Below are positions 43,746-54,394 of a DNA stretch of 64,000 nt, piece after piece. The notes beneath the pieces are model-generated. The model was not told the origin of the DNA. It saw only the letters and a list, made by a program, of their open reading frames with translations, and searched no databases. This stretch comes from an uncultured delta proteobacterium. GTDB lineage: Bacteria; Desulfobacterota; WTBG01; CAIYCZ01. Where the stretch lies: NCBI GenBank assembly GCA_963803975.1, contig CAWDOY010000053.1, positions 64,001-128,000 of the forward strand, in the 5' to 3' direction. The translations under genes were made by a program, and so were the position numbers. Within the stretch, counting starts at the first letter, position 1, and every line of letters begins with the position of its first letter.

Positions 43746-43838
43746 CTAAATTAAGATTGAAATCATCTGAATAACGATAAACCAAAGAAAAAGAGAAATT
43801 GGTAATGCCCATACTATAGATGCATAAAATAAGTTCAT
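43746..43838 (-). CDS. 30-aa hydrophobic peptide MNLFYASIVWALPISLFLWFIVIQMISILI
   Basis: Strong RBS AAAGGAG 8 nt upstream; a single TM helix; sigma54-like motif upstream. Confidence 0.55.
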   Translation of the reverse strand: MNLFYASIVWALPISLFLWFIVIQMISILI

Positions 43839-43942
43839 TTCCGTTACTCCTTTCTTGTGCTTCTATGCCCTTTTAAAAAGAAGCCTCTACTTTTTCACCC
43901 TTATTTTCGGAATCTGTTTCTTGGAAACTTGATGAAATTAAT

Positions 43943-43958
43943 TTCAGGATTCATGCCA
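43943..43958 (-). promoter_or_regulatory. Possible sigma54 promoter (weak -12)
   Basis: Minus strand TGGCAT-GAATC-CTGAA. Confidence 0.4.
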
Positions 43959-44332
43959 ACAGGCATAGCTGCTGCGTTGAATTTTAACCTGCTGAAAATA
44001 CATTTTATTTTCTGCGGTATGGTAAGCAGCTATTTGCAGAATGTTGTGCATTGCAGAACGACTGTCATGAAAACTGCGACACTTTTGTAATACTACTGCT
44101 TATAATCTATCCTGGGTTTCGCTGTCAGCACTCTGTTGCACTGTTATCTCTACTGCCCGCAGATTGTTAGCGTCGCAGAGAATGATCCGGGGATTTGCTT
44201 CACACCACGAATGGCTGAAAAAAAGCCCTCACCGGATGGGTAGCCGGGTAGGGCTTATTTCAAAGAAAGGAGTGAAGGTGTATCTATATATGTGAACCGC
44301 TTTTTAGTTTTTAAGAAGCGGGGGCGTGCAGC

Positions 44333-44522
44333 TTAATGCCTGCCATGACCGCTGCCATGCCTGTGCCCAAGTCCGTGTATATCGCCAAAACATGGGGAGC
44401 CGGCGGTGTTTGCCGGTCCTATGAATATCAAGTATCTCATCCTCAGTATAGGTCACAATTCTTGGTCTTTCATACTGCTTATTTTCTTTGCTACTCTTAT
44501 CTACCTCTTTTTCTTTTCTCAT
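44333..44522 (-). CDS. Small RiPP-precursor-like peptide (62 aa after correcting one frameshift)
   Basis: MRKEKEVDKSSKENKQYERPRIVTYTEDEILDI, then +1 frame IGPANTAGSPCFGDIHGLGHRHGSGHGRH*; GAGG RBS. Confidence 0.6.
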
Positions 44523-44684
44523 TTTGCCTCTTCGTTAATCAGGCTGTTGCTCCAGGGATAATTCCCTGGAGCAACGCCCGATTAAGAGATTCTATACTGC
44601 CTGCATGAACCAACAGCGTGGGAGGGGGGCAGCCACTGGACTCTTGCTGCAGTATAGATTCAACAGTATTTGCTTATAAAGGTT

Positions 44685-44700
44685 ATCAAGGATTATGCCA
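44685..44700 (-). promoter_or_regulatory. Sigma54 (-24/-12) promoter
   Basis: Minus strand TGGCAT-AATCC-TTGAT upstream of the small peptide gene. Confidence 0.6.
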
Positions 44701-45342
44701 AATGCAGTGCAGCTGCGCAGTCTTCCACGAGATATAAAATAAGAAATGCTATTTTAAATGGTTAGCAGTGTTTCGGGAAAGCTGTGCAATGCCGGGCACG
44801 ATGCTCATGTCATGCAGCATGGTTTGATTGAGCCAGAGAATATCTGCCCTGCAAATGCTTCTGGCGCACTCTAACCAGTATAAGAAAAACCAGGAAGTAC
44901 AGGAAGAGGGTAGCAGGGGCAGCTGTAAAGCGATTTTACCGGCTTTGCATGCCCGGTATTTATCGATTATTGCCGATTTGATTTTTACAAAATCATATGT
45001 TAATGCTGGTTCTCATAACTTCCCGGCACAGATGACTTTAAAAGCATAGGGAACTTAAAAATCGAAAAATCCCCTCTGACGTTTTGAGTTCCAGGGCCAG
45101 AGTGACTGGTAAGTATTCAGTAAGACGTACCGGTTGTATGGAGGGGACTGTGAAAATAAAACGAACCGCTTTGTGCCGCCGTTGTCTGCAGGTCGGATTA
45201 TCTGTTATTTAATCCGGCTGCACGGTGGTGCGCTGAAGATGATGCAGGGTTGACGCAGCGGCAGAACCGGATGCAGCGATGACATCCTGCGGACAATACC
45301 AGACAGGAAGGCTGCCGCGGTCCGGCTGCAGATGAAAAAGGT

Positions 45343-45825
45343 GTGCAGCACGATGCGGCAGAATGCGGACAGCTCAAATGTACAAAAACTGATCTCATTG
45401 AGGCAGAGGTGACGGCAGTTCTGAGCCCCAATGAAATTGAAGTGAATATGCTGGGCAAAAAACAGGTGATTAAACTTGCCGGGGTAAAGGACTGTCCGTG
45501 TGATTTTAACGAGCAGGCAACTAAAATGGCCCATGCGGAGACCAAGGCATCAAAAGGCTACAAAGTGGTTGATGCCGGCACCATTGTAAGCAGATGCAGG
45601 GGGATAAAAGATTTATTAAGTGATTCCATTGACGACGTGGTGCAGGTTAAACTTTCAGGCACGCGCAGGGATTCTTCCGGCAGATTAACCGGGATTGTCT
45701 GGAATAAGGGGAAATCAAAGACACTCAACGATACGGTGCAGTCATATGCGCAAAAGCAGGACGCGAGTGAAAAGAAAAAAGATCAGCATCACTCGTACAA
45801 GAAATTCCACTCTCAAAACAAATAA
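45343..45825 (+). CDS. Thermonuclease (SNase)-like fold protein; true start probably further upstream
   Basis: V..VLSPNEIEV..IKLAGV..P ... RDSSGRL.GIVW..G..LN pattern; the catalytic DGDT motif is not conserved. Confidence 0.55.
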   Translation: MQHDAAECGQLKCTKTDLIEAEVTAVLSPNEIEVNMLGKKQVIKLAGVKDCPCDFNEQATKMAHAETKASKGYKVVDAGTIVSRCRGIKDLLSDSIDDVVQVKLSGTRRDSSGRLTGIVWNKGKSKTLNDTVQSYAQKQDASEKKKDQHHSYKKFHSQNK

Positions 45826-45851
45826 TCCCTCTGCTACGGCCTGCTGTTGCC

Positions 45852-46732
45852 TCAGACCCGCAGTCCTTCCACGCCGTATTGTTTAATCAGGTTATGAAAC
45901 GACAGTTCCCTTTCGTGCAGCGGGGCTTGTTTATAGAGGGTCAGCGCCGTTTCAAGAATCTGCAGCACGCCCGTGACATCAGTGCATTCAGTTACCGTGC
46001 GTGCGATCTGCGGGTGGCGTGAGCCGCAGCCGCCGACAACGACCTTGTAGCATTTCTGGTCAAGGGCCAGCGCATCCACCGGACAAACTTTCACGCATCC
46101 GCCGCAGCGGACACATTTCTCGATAATCAATGACCGGTTCATCCGGACATCAAGGCTGATGGCCCCTTCGGTGCAGTAGGTGACGCAGGCACCGCAGCGT
46201 ACACAGGTGTCATTGTCAAGGCCGCGGCCTATAGTTGCAGATGATTCCGAAGTCAGAAAAATACGGTGACAGGCAGCAGTTCGGGCAGCCGATAATGGCG
46301 ATGGTAAAGGAATGATGGGACATGAGCGGCGGAGTATGATTTGTCCATTATTATCTGCGTGATGTTCAACTCCTTTAGCTTTTTTCGCAGCGGGATTAAT
46401 ATGTCCCGCATCAGGTCGCGCTTCTCAGCAGTGCAGGCGCCGTATTTTGCAGGGCAGAGATTGATGGAATAAAGCTCATCCGGGTCTTCCTGGTAAAACT
46501 CATCCGGCAGCCCCGCGTCTTTTCCCTCGCTCATTGCCTTGATGGTCTCAACGGCTTCAGTGCCGAATGCCTGCAGATATCCTTTTTCAGTTTCCAGCAC
46601 GATATCAGTTGTCACTTCCTCCAGCCCTTTGCGCTGTGCCCGCATCTCAGCATCAAGCTTCGCATAGCGGGCCATGACCGGCGGCACCGGCACTGCTTCA
46701 AGTCTATCTAATGCTTTCTGATTCCATTTCAT
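45852..46732 (-). CDS. Nitrite/sulfite reductase-like 4Fe-4S ferredoxin protein (frameshifted)
   Basis: MKW...A..RL..VP N-terminal domain, GCPNCC, CVRCGACVTYC, CVRCGGCVKVCP, VVGGCGSRHP. Confidence 0.7.
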
Positions 46733-46864
46733 AAAGCGATCCCACTTTTTAAAACAGGGATTATAATTGAAGAACAGCAGGTAACCTATAGTAACTGCAG
46801 AAACAATGAAGCTAAAACGCAAGATACATTTATTTTACCTGCCTGCTTTCCCGGGGTGCCCTGT

Positions 46865-48220
46865 TTAAAAAGATTCATGCAGGATATTTTTAACAAGCTC
46901 CGGGATTTTTTCAGACGGAACAAAATCATGGGATTTCTCTGCCATCGCAGCGGTTGTACCCATGCCGCCGCCCGTGACAACCATAAATCCTTCCACCCGG
47001 TTGCCGGCATCATCTTTTCTTATTCTGCCAATCAGCCCTAGGTCAGCAACTCCTGACTGGGCACACATGTTCGGGCATCCGGAAATGCGGACCGCGCGGT
47101 TCTTAGTGTCCGGCACATGCAGGCGAAGCGCTTTTTCAACAGCATGCGTATTTACTAAGGCATGGGCGCAGTAGGTGGTTCCCGGGCAGGAAACAACGTC
47201 AGGACCGTCAGCAAGCTGTTTTAACACGGGGTCGGTCTGTAGCGCGTTGCGTGCTGCAGCAGCATTCCGGGCAAAGAGGGAAATCCGGTGATGCGTCTGA
47301 AGCCGGGCCTTTACAGCATGATCGCGCATCAACGCGGCGATTGCTTCTGCCTGGTCAGGCGTTAGTCCCCCGTAGATGATATTGAGATCCGCCACATGGT
47401 TGTAATGCAAATCCGGAACGCTGATGGGCGGCATGTGCGGAGGCGCCTCTCTTTTGACTTCACGCTGTTCTTCATGCAGCAGCTCAAGAAAACGCTCATC
47501 GCCGCAGCGCTCCCGGACATGGCGCAACCGGGCTTTGGCTCTATGCTGCCGGTCGCCATATTTATCAAACACCCTGATTGCCGCTTGCGCCAGCGCAGGG
47601 ATATCCTCCGGCGCGAGGTTTTCCTCTATTAAAATGCCCGTTGCCGGCCGCGGCCCCAGTGACCCGGCTCCGATTGCCGTTACGGTAACGGCGCTGTTTT
47701 CCCGTTGTACCACAAACCCCAGATCATTGATCCACGGCTGCGCGCACGCTTTGGTGCATGCAGAGAAACTGATTTTGAATTTGCGCGGCAGAGAATAAAT
47801 TCCGGCGTAGCTTTCCAGATACCCGCGCAGCGCCCATGCTATGGCGGTGAGATCAGGGGTGTCGTGGCACAGCCCGTTTCCGGGACAAACGGTGATGTTG
47901 CGCAGCGTATCGCCGCAGGCGCCCACACTGGTCAGACCGGCATCGGCCAGTTCAGCCTGGAGCAAGGGAATAGTCTCCGTGGTCAGATTATGAAATTCAA
48001 TATCCTGCCGGGTGGTAAGCAGCAATGGAGCTGACGGCGTGTAGCGCCTGCACATGTCTGCCAGGGCCGCCCACTGGTGATGCGTGAGAATACCCCCGAT
48101 GATTTTTACCCGCTGCATCCACCGACCCTCCTGACGCTGCTGATAGAGCCCCAGCAGCCTGCATTCCGCAGGTGAAGATGGAACAATGGCGCAGGGAAAA
48201 GCCGGTTGCTGACTGGTCAT
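46865..48220 (-). CDS. Ferredoxin-dependent siroheme sulfite/nitrite reductase
   Basis: G.Y.QRQ..MQRVK..GG, TTRQDIEFH, GDTLRNITVC, LPRKFKISFS, CPG...C, ISGCPN.C. Confidence 0.88.
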   Translation of the reverse strand: MTSQQPAFPCAIVPSSPAECRLLGLYQQRQEGRWMQRVKIIGGILTHHQWAALADMCRRYTPSAPLLLTTRQDIEFHNLTTETIPLLQAELADAGLTSVGACGDTLRNITVCPGNGLCHDTPDLTAIAWALRGYLESYAGIYSLPRKFKISFSACTKACAQPWINDLGFVVQRENSAVTVTAIGAGSLGPRPATGILIEENLAPEDIPALAQAAIRVFDKYGDRQHRAKARLRHVRERCGDERFLELLHEEQREVKREAPPHMPPISVPDLHYNHVADLNIIYGGLTPDQAEAIAALMRDHAVKARLQTHHRISLFARNAAAARNALQTDPVLKQLADGPDVVSCPGTTYCAHALVNTHAVEKALRLHVPDTKNRAVRISGCPNMCAQSGVADLGLIGRIRKDDAGNRVEGFMVVTGGGMGTTAAMAEKSHDFVPSEKIPELVKNILHESF

Positions 48221-48230
48221 GGCTGGTCTC

Positions 48231-48575
48231 TCAATCGGTAGAAGGAAGTATCTTTGCTTTACAGCGTATGGGTATTTTATACGTAGTGATGGTTTTTCCC
48301 TTTCGATCAAGCAGTTTCCACAGGATCATAGTATCTTTAATCCGGGCAACCAAGCGGTTTTTTGATTCTGAAATCTGAAACGGCAGCTCAATTGAGAGCG
48401 CTGCGCGCGGGCACGCCTTAGCGCATGAGCAGCAGTCCCAGCAGTCTGACGGTTCACGCATAACCGCCTTACCCTGGTCCCGGTAGAACAGGTCTCCCGG
48501 GCAGATTTCTTCACAGCAGCCTTCCGGTTTTCCGGGGCACCCGTTGCAGAGACGGTAATCAATCCGCACGCTCAT
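48231..48575 (-). CDS. aprB: Adenylylsulfate reductase beta subunit-like ferredoxin
   Basis: CNGC......CEEICPGDL, DCWDCCSCAKACP; coupled to aprA. Confidence 0.8.
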   Translation of the reverse strand: MSVRIDYRLCNGCPGKPEGCCEEICPGDLFYRDQGKAVMREPSDCWDCCSCAKACPRAALSIELPFQISESKNRLVARIKDTMILWKLLDRKGKTITTYKIPIRCKAKILPSTD

Positions 48576-50289
48576 TATCTGTTATCCTCAAGTGGTATTG
48601 GGGTATAGGGCGGGTTAAGCTCCCGCTTGAAAACGGTAATCGTATTATCCTCGACGCGGGAATTGATAAACAGCTTATATTCAAAATCATTGCGCATGGG
48701 ATAATCAAGCCGTGTCTGATAGCACGGCCAGCGTGTTTCTTTTCTGGCAAGCAGGTGCTCGACCAGTGTGCGGGCAAGAAGAATCCGGTCTGCGGTATCA
48801 TGAACACGCATCAATTCGTGCATATCCTCTGCCTGCATCTGCTGTGCCCGCTCCGAGAGGGCCAAAAGATAGCGCCGGGCCAGGAGCAGCTTGTCGCGGT
48901 TGGTTTCATAATTCTGGGTGCACCCGCCTGCGTATTCCTCCATTATCTTCTGCAGCCGTTCCTCAACCTCATTGAAGGTTATGTCGTGCTTGGTGCTGAA
49001 TGGTGACTGCAGTTCAAGAACGGCCTGCTTCTCTGCGTGCTGGGCAACGTCTGATTGTACGCCTGGTTCCCATCCCTGCAGGATATCTTCCACTGCCATC
49101 TCTGCTTCGGCAAAACAGCCGGTGATATATTTTTTAGACGACCCGCCGGCAACGTCGCCTGCTGCATAGAGCCCGGCAAGCGTGGTTCTGCGGTTTTCAT
49201 CAATCCAGAAACCCGCCATGCCGTGGCCGCCATTGATATACGGCTCTGAGCCGCAGACTTCGATGCGCTCCTTGGGCGGGCAGGGTCCTTGAGGAGGTCA
49301 AGGATAATAGATGGCGCCATGTTCAGGTAGCTTTCAACCAGATCAGTATACTGTTTCGGACTCAGAGCGCTCACGTCCACATAACAGGGACCTTTGCCTT
49401 TTTTATGTTCGTCTATCGTATGCAGAAGCCGCTCGCAGGTGGTCAGCTTTCTGCCCAGCATGTCTTCTTTTGCCCGCAGATATTTTTCACCACGCGCATT
49501 GCACTGGGGCATACGGGTGCCAAGCACCAGCGTCCCGGTAGGAGCGATGACATCCTTGGTCCGCAGGGCCACAAAGCGCATTTCAAAGGAGGTCATTTCA
49601 GCACCGGCCCTGAGGCCCATGGCAAGGCCGGAACCGGCATTATAGGGACAGTACCAGGTTTTGGTGCGCGCAAGCCCCGGGTTTGAAGGCCGGTAGATTC
49701 CGCTTGCGCCGCCGGTCGCTATAATAACAGCTTTTGCCCGGGCAACAATAAATTCCCCGGTGCGCAGATTGAAGGCGACAGCCCCTGCAGTACTGCCATC
49801 GTTGGCACTTTTCAACAGCCGGTATGCTGGTGTCCGGTTAAATACTTTCACCCCCTGTGCCTGTACTGTCTGGGCAAGGATTGGTTTGAGATGTTCACCG
49901 AGCATGACAATGGAGCGGGCGGAGCGTGGAATGTATTTCCCGTCTTCGCCGCGGGGAAGGGGCACCCCGAATTCTTCCAGCAGACGGGTCATGCGGTTGA
50001 GCCGTTTGCCAATGGAAAGCACCAGGTCTGAGCGCAGCACATCGTAATTGTCTTTCAGCACATAGCGCAGATAGTCTTCAGGGGTAGAATCTACCAGGTA
50101 GGCATTAACCGCGTTTAAACCCATGGCAAGGCATCCGGAACGGTTAATGTGCGCCTTCTCAAAGATGGTCACATCAACCTGCGGCGCTTTCTGCCTGGCA
50201 AAAATCGCAGCCATGCATCCGGCAGTGCCGCCGCCGATAATCAGAATATCAGTAGTTATATGTTTTACTTTTGGCGCTGCTGTTCCCAT
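48575..50289 (-). CDS. aprA: Adenylylsulfate reductase alpha subunit-like flavoprotein (frameshift near 49.3 kb)
   Basis: IIGGGTAG, EKAHI.RSGCLA.G.NA.NAY, ATGGA.G.YRP, WY.PYNAGSG, FEMRFVALR.KD, GLYAAGD, R.ETRWP. Confidence 0.85.
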
Positions 50290-50319
50290 AGATGCTGTGC
50301 CGGGTATGATTCCTTCAAT

Positions 50320-51234
50320 CTATGTTTCAAAACTTGCCGTGCTGAGGTACCGCTCGCCGGTATCAGGAAGTATGACGACAATTAATTTATCTTTATTATC
50401 AGGCTGTCTGGAAACTTCCACCGCGGCATGCACCGCTGCACCCGAAGAAATGCCGGCGATAATTCCCTCCTGACGCAGAAGAACCTTGGTCATCTGAAAG
50501 GCCTGCGCGTCGGTTACCTGCATGACTTCATCGATAACCGTGCGATCAAGCACTTTTGGAATAAACCCCGCGCCTATGCCCTGGATCATGTGAGAGCCGG
50601 CCGGCTTGCCGGAAAGCACGGCTGATGCTGCCGGCTCAACCGCCACGATCTGCACTGAGGATTTGCGCTGTTTCAGCGCACGGGCCACCCCGGTTACTGT
50701 TCCTCCGGTGCCAACGCCCGCTACCACAATAGCTACCTCTCCGTCCGTATCATCCCAGATTTCCTGTGCGGTTGTCCGGCTGTGAATTTCGGGGTTGGCA
50801 CTATTTTCAAACTGCATGGGAATAAACGCATTGCCCAGTTTTGTGGCAAGCTCCTGCGCCTTGGCAATGGCGCCCCCCATCCCGGACAGGTCTTCGGTCA
50901 AAATAACGGTTGCACCGAGGGCATTGAGCAGCATCCTGCGCTCAGGGGTCATGGCCTCGGGCATGGTGAGGATCAGCCGGTAGCCTTTGATTGCTGCAAT
51001 CCAGGCAAGCGCAATGCCGGTATTGCCGCTGGTCGGCTCGATGATGGTCATGCCGGGCTTGAGCACGCCGCGCTTCTCTGCATCCTCGATCATGCTCAGG
51101 CCGATTCTGTCCTTGACGCTTCCGCCGGGGTTGAACGCCTCAAGCTTTCCTGCCAGCCGCGCAGCAGTTATCCTGCGCAGCCACACCAGCGGGGTGTGTC
51201 CTACGAGGTCAAGCATTGAATCTGCGATCTTCAT
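50320..51234 (-). CDS. cysK: Cysteine synthase A
   Basis: [52 protein letters not shown]. Confidence 0.95.
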   Translation of the reverse strand: MKIADSMLDLVGHTPLVWLRRITAARLAGKLEAFNPGGSVKDRIGLSMIEDAEKRGVLKPGMTIIEPTSGNTGIALAWIAAIKGYRLILTMPEAMTPERRMLLNALGATVILTEDLSGMGGAIAKAQELATKLGNAFIPMQFENSANPEIHSRTTAQEIWDDTDGEVAIVVAGVGTGGTVTGVARALKQRKSSVQIVAVEPAASAVLSGKPAGSHMIQGIGAGFIPKVLDRTVIDEVMQVTDAQAFQMTKVLLRQEGIIAGISSGAAVHAAVEVSRQPDNKDKLIVVILPDTGERYLSTASFET

Positions 51235-51343
51235 ATGTTTTCAGACATTCAGCAGGGAATTTATAAGTCCGTTTAAATTGGTGTACCCTATCAAACAGCA
51301 CTCTGTCAATTGCAGAGATACTGTTATGCTGCTTATGCATCTG

Positions 51344-51887
51344 CTAAAACCAGAACTCAGGATATCTGCGTGATCCGGGAATGTTGTTCACCAGCAAAGC
51401 AATAATAAGCATAATCACTGCCCCGCATCCCACCGGAACAAGAACATACAGATATCCCAGATTGTGTATTTTGTCTCCTCCAATGACGGCAATCAAAGCA
51501 GTTGCTCCGCCGGGAGGATGGAGCGTTTTCGTCATGTGCATCAAAGCAATGGCAGTAGCAACCGCAGCAGCCGATGCAAGCCACAGATGAGATGCGCATA
51601 GCTGGTAGGCGGTAACCCCGATTATGGCGGAAAGGACATGCCCTCCCAGCAGGTTGCGCGGCTGCGCCAGCGGACTTTTGACGGCCCCGTACAGCAGCAC
51701 CGCTGAAGCGCCAAATGACCCGATCAGCATAACCTGGTCAGCCTTGCTGAAAATGAAGTCGTTTATGCATCCGATTATGGCAATTCCCATAAACGCACCG
51801 GCCCATGACCAGATGATCTCAGATACATTCACCGCAGGAGGGCTCTTTGTTGTTCCCTTTCATTTTTTGCGCATATGCTTTGAGCAT
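51344..51887 (-). CDS. HPP family membrane protein (5' frameshift)
   Basis: SFGASAVLLYG..SPLAQPRN..GGH, TLHPPGGATAL. Confidence 0.9.
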
Positions 51888-51904
51888 GGAAAAGGCCTCG
51901 TTCA

Positions 51905-52519
51905 TCAGCCGGCTGAAGATACCGGTACTTTCAGGAGGTCGGACCTGGTGACGATACCGCATAGACGGCCAGCCTCATTCACCACCGGCACCCTGTTTAT
52001 GGTATGCCTGGAAAAGAGATTTATAATATCAACAACCGGCGTTGTCTCGGTAATGGTTATTGCGGGCGATGACATGATATCCTCAGCCTTTTTACCCTCG
52101 ATTGTTTGGGTGACACAGTCTCTGCATCGTATGAATTCTAAAATGACGCTCAGGAATGACCGGGCGCCTTTGCCGGCTATGCAGTACATAAAATCTTTCT
52201 CGCTTATGACGCCAACTACCGTGCCCGAGTCATCAATAACCGGCGCCCCTGAAAAATTATTCTCTGCCATTACGCGGGCAACCTCATCCAGCGAAGTTTT
52301 CCGGTTAAAGGCTATTACCTCACGGTTCATTATCCGGGCAGCAGTAATGGAGCGGGCTATGGCATCCATCGCGTGCCGGCAGGCATGGACATAAAGCTCT
52401 TTAAAGTCGCCGGGAGTGATATCAATATATCCCGGCAGCTCTTTCATTGCCGCATAAATGTCATCTTCAGAAATTGGCACATCCTGAAAACGTACTTTTA
52501 ATTCTGACTGGTTATCCAT
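51905..52519 (-). CDS. CBS domain protein
   Basis: GYIDITP.DF..LY, two CBS repeats (GAPVID..GVISEKD; RVPVV..GIVTRSD). Confidence 0.88.
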   Translation of the reverse strand: MDNQSELKVRFQDVPISEDDIYAAMKELPGYIDITPGDFKELYVHACRHAMDAIARSITAARIMNREVIAFNRKTSLDEVARVMAENNFSGAPVIDDSGTVVGVISEKDFMYCIAGKGARSFLSVILEFIRCRDCVTQTIEGKKAEDIMSSPAITITETTPVVDIINLFSRHTINRVPVVNEAGRLCGIVTRSDLLKVPVSSAG

Positions 52520-52645
52520 TGCGGAACACCCTTTCCTGTTAATCTCGTATGGATAAATTCCCCGGAGCCAGCCTTGCCGCACAAGGCTGAGCACCCCCGG
52601 CGCGCTGCAGGGTACTTAATTATATTATAAAAAAAACACTAATCC

Positions 52646-52659
52646 TTGACTTAGGTCAA
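52646..52659. promoter_or_regulatory. FNR/CRP-family-like palindrome
   Basis: TTGAC-TTAG-GTCAA in the divergent promoter region; TATGCT at 52681. Confidence 0.6.
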
Positions 52660-52758
52660 ACCTTGCATTATTAAATATGATATGCTTCATACTAAGGGTA
52701 AGAAAGAAACTAATGACTATGCACTGACCAGTATTAAAACAGCACTTCTGCATTCTCA

Positions 52759-53403
52759 ATGAGAAGAAGAAGCTATCCGTATACAGTATTGCCAATGGTT
52801 TGCGGCTTCATCCTGCTCGTATGCGTTACCGCAGGGAAAGCCGGCAACGATGCTTCACCTCCCGCAAACAGCACTGATTCATCCCCCTCCCGCAGGACTG
52901 GCTTGATACCACTCCGGTTCGCGGCGCGCCGAAGCTCATATTCTATCTCAATCAATTCATGTATAAGTGTAATGAATGCCATGTTGATTTCAAAAGCCCC
53001 GACGTATGACTGCGATAAGTATCTCAGAATCCCGGGCTCATTCCACTTGCCGTTCGGTGCACACCGGGATATGGTCTTTAATCACGGGCTGAATCTGCGC
53101 TGCTTCAACTGCCATAATTGTGCAAATCTGGGAACATATATTAATTACGACGGCAGTGAAATACCCGGAGATACGCCGGTGCTTCTGTGCAGAAAGTGCC
53201 ATGGCACAACCTACCGTGACTGGGTGGCAGGTATTCATGGCCGGACAAACGGCTACTGGGACGCCAGCCGCGGCAAGCAGGCAAAGCTCGATTGCAATCA
53301 GTGCCATAATCCGCACCAGCCGCATTTCCCGCGCCTGGTGCCGCGGCCTTCCCCTGCTGCGGCGCGAACCCAGCTTTCAGAAAAGGGCAGCCGGCATGAG
53401 TAA
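52759..53403 (+). CDS. Small periplasmic multiheme cytochrome c (probably tetraheme)
   Basis: Signal/TM anchor; CFNCH, CRKCH and CNQCH in frame, plus CNECH at 52968-52982 in an alternate frame (compensating indels). Confidence 0.8.
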   Translation: MRRRSYPYTVLPMVCGFILLVCVTAGKAGNDASPPANSTDSSPSRRTGLIPLRFAARRSSYSISINSCISVMNAMLISKAPTYDCDKYLRIPGSFHLPFGAHRDMVFNHGLNLRCFNCHNCANLGTYINYDGSEIPGDTPVLLCRKCHGTTYRDWVAGIHGRTNGYWDASRGKQAKLDCNQCHNPHQPHFPRLVPRPSPAAARTQLSEKGSRHE

Positions 53404-54369
53404 TTCAGGAAAAGACCCATCCAGCCGGACTGAATCCCGGTCGCTTAGTGAGATTACCTATGCACCGCTGACCCGGCGCAGTTTTTTAAAGTTCGGGGCT
53501 GCAGTCTGCTGCTGCGTATGCAGGGTTTCAGCCTGGCACTGTCACCGTTAAACAATTTCAAAGAACATCTCAGCCTCGATGAATTTCTGCAGCAGCACTA
53601 TGAGCGGCTGACGCCGGAAAAGATGCAGAAAATACTCGCGCGCATTGAAAAAGAGATAGCGCGTGATTACGGGGTAACGGCCCAGGTGAAGGATATTAAG
53701 CCCGTGCCGGGGGTTGAATACGCGTTTGCATTGAACATCGGCAAGTGTATCGGCTGCCGGCGCTGCGTCTATGGATGCATGAAAGAAAACAATACCTCGC
53801 GGGACCCCCAGATCCAATACATACGCGTTCTTGAGATGGAAAAAGGCTCCCAGAATGTCGAAGAATCAGAACATTATTATACCCATGATGCGGTGCCGCA
53901 AAAAGATAAATACTACATGCCGGTCCAGTGTCAGCAGTGTAAAAAAGCACCCTGCACCAAGGCCTGTCCGATAAGGGCCACCTGGCAGGAGCCTGACGGC
54001 ATTGTTGTAGTGGATTATAACTGGTGCATCGGCTGCCGGTATTGCATGGCAGCATGCCCCTACTGGGCGCGCCGTTTTAATTTCTCCAAACCAACAATCC
54101 CCAAAGAAGAGATCAATACCGAGATGGCCTACCTCGGGAACCGTATTCGACCCCGCGGGGTCGTGGAAAAATGCACGTTCTGCCTGCGCCGCGTGCGGCA
54201 GGGCATGCAGCCGGCATGTGTCGAGGTGTGCCCCACCGGTTCCCGCATGTTTGGTAATGTGCGTGACCCGGAAAGCCCGATTAACTACATTCTTAACAAT
54301 AAACGGGTCTATATTTTTAAGGAAGAAGCGGGAACAATCCCCCGTTTCTATTACTGCTTTGATGTCTAG
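53396..54369 (+). CDS. Tat-exported 4Fe-4S protein (NrfC/DsrO/PsrB family); frameshifted
   Basis: TRRSFLK Tat motif; CIGCRRCVYGC, CQQC.K.PC.KACP, CIGCRYCMAACPY, KCTFC..PACVEVCP. Confidence 0.88.
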
Positions 54370-54394
54370 AGGTTGTTGAAAAAGTGGTTTTTCA

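Noticed and set aside
48575..50289. Evidence that the organism is a dissimilatory sulfate reducer
   Set aside because: The context is cysK plus an assimilatory-type sulfite reductase; no qmo, dsr or sat in the window.
51624..52394. Long antisense ORFs (also 22784-23410, 24778-25419, 55993-56721, 60274-60798)
   Set aside because: They overlap well-supported genes on the other strand or frame and show no recognisable motifs.
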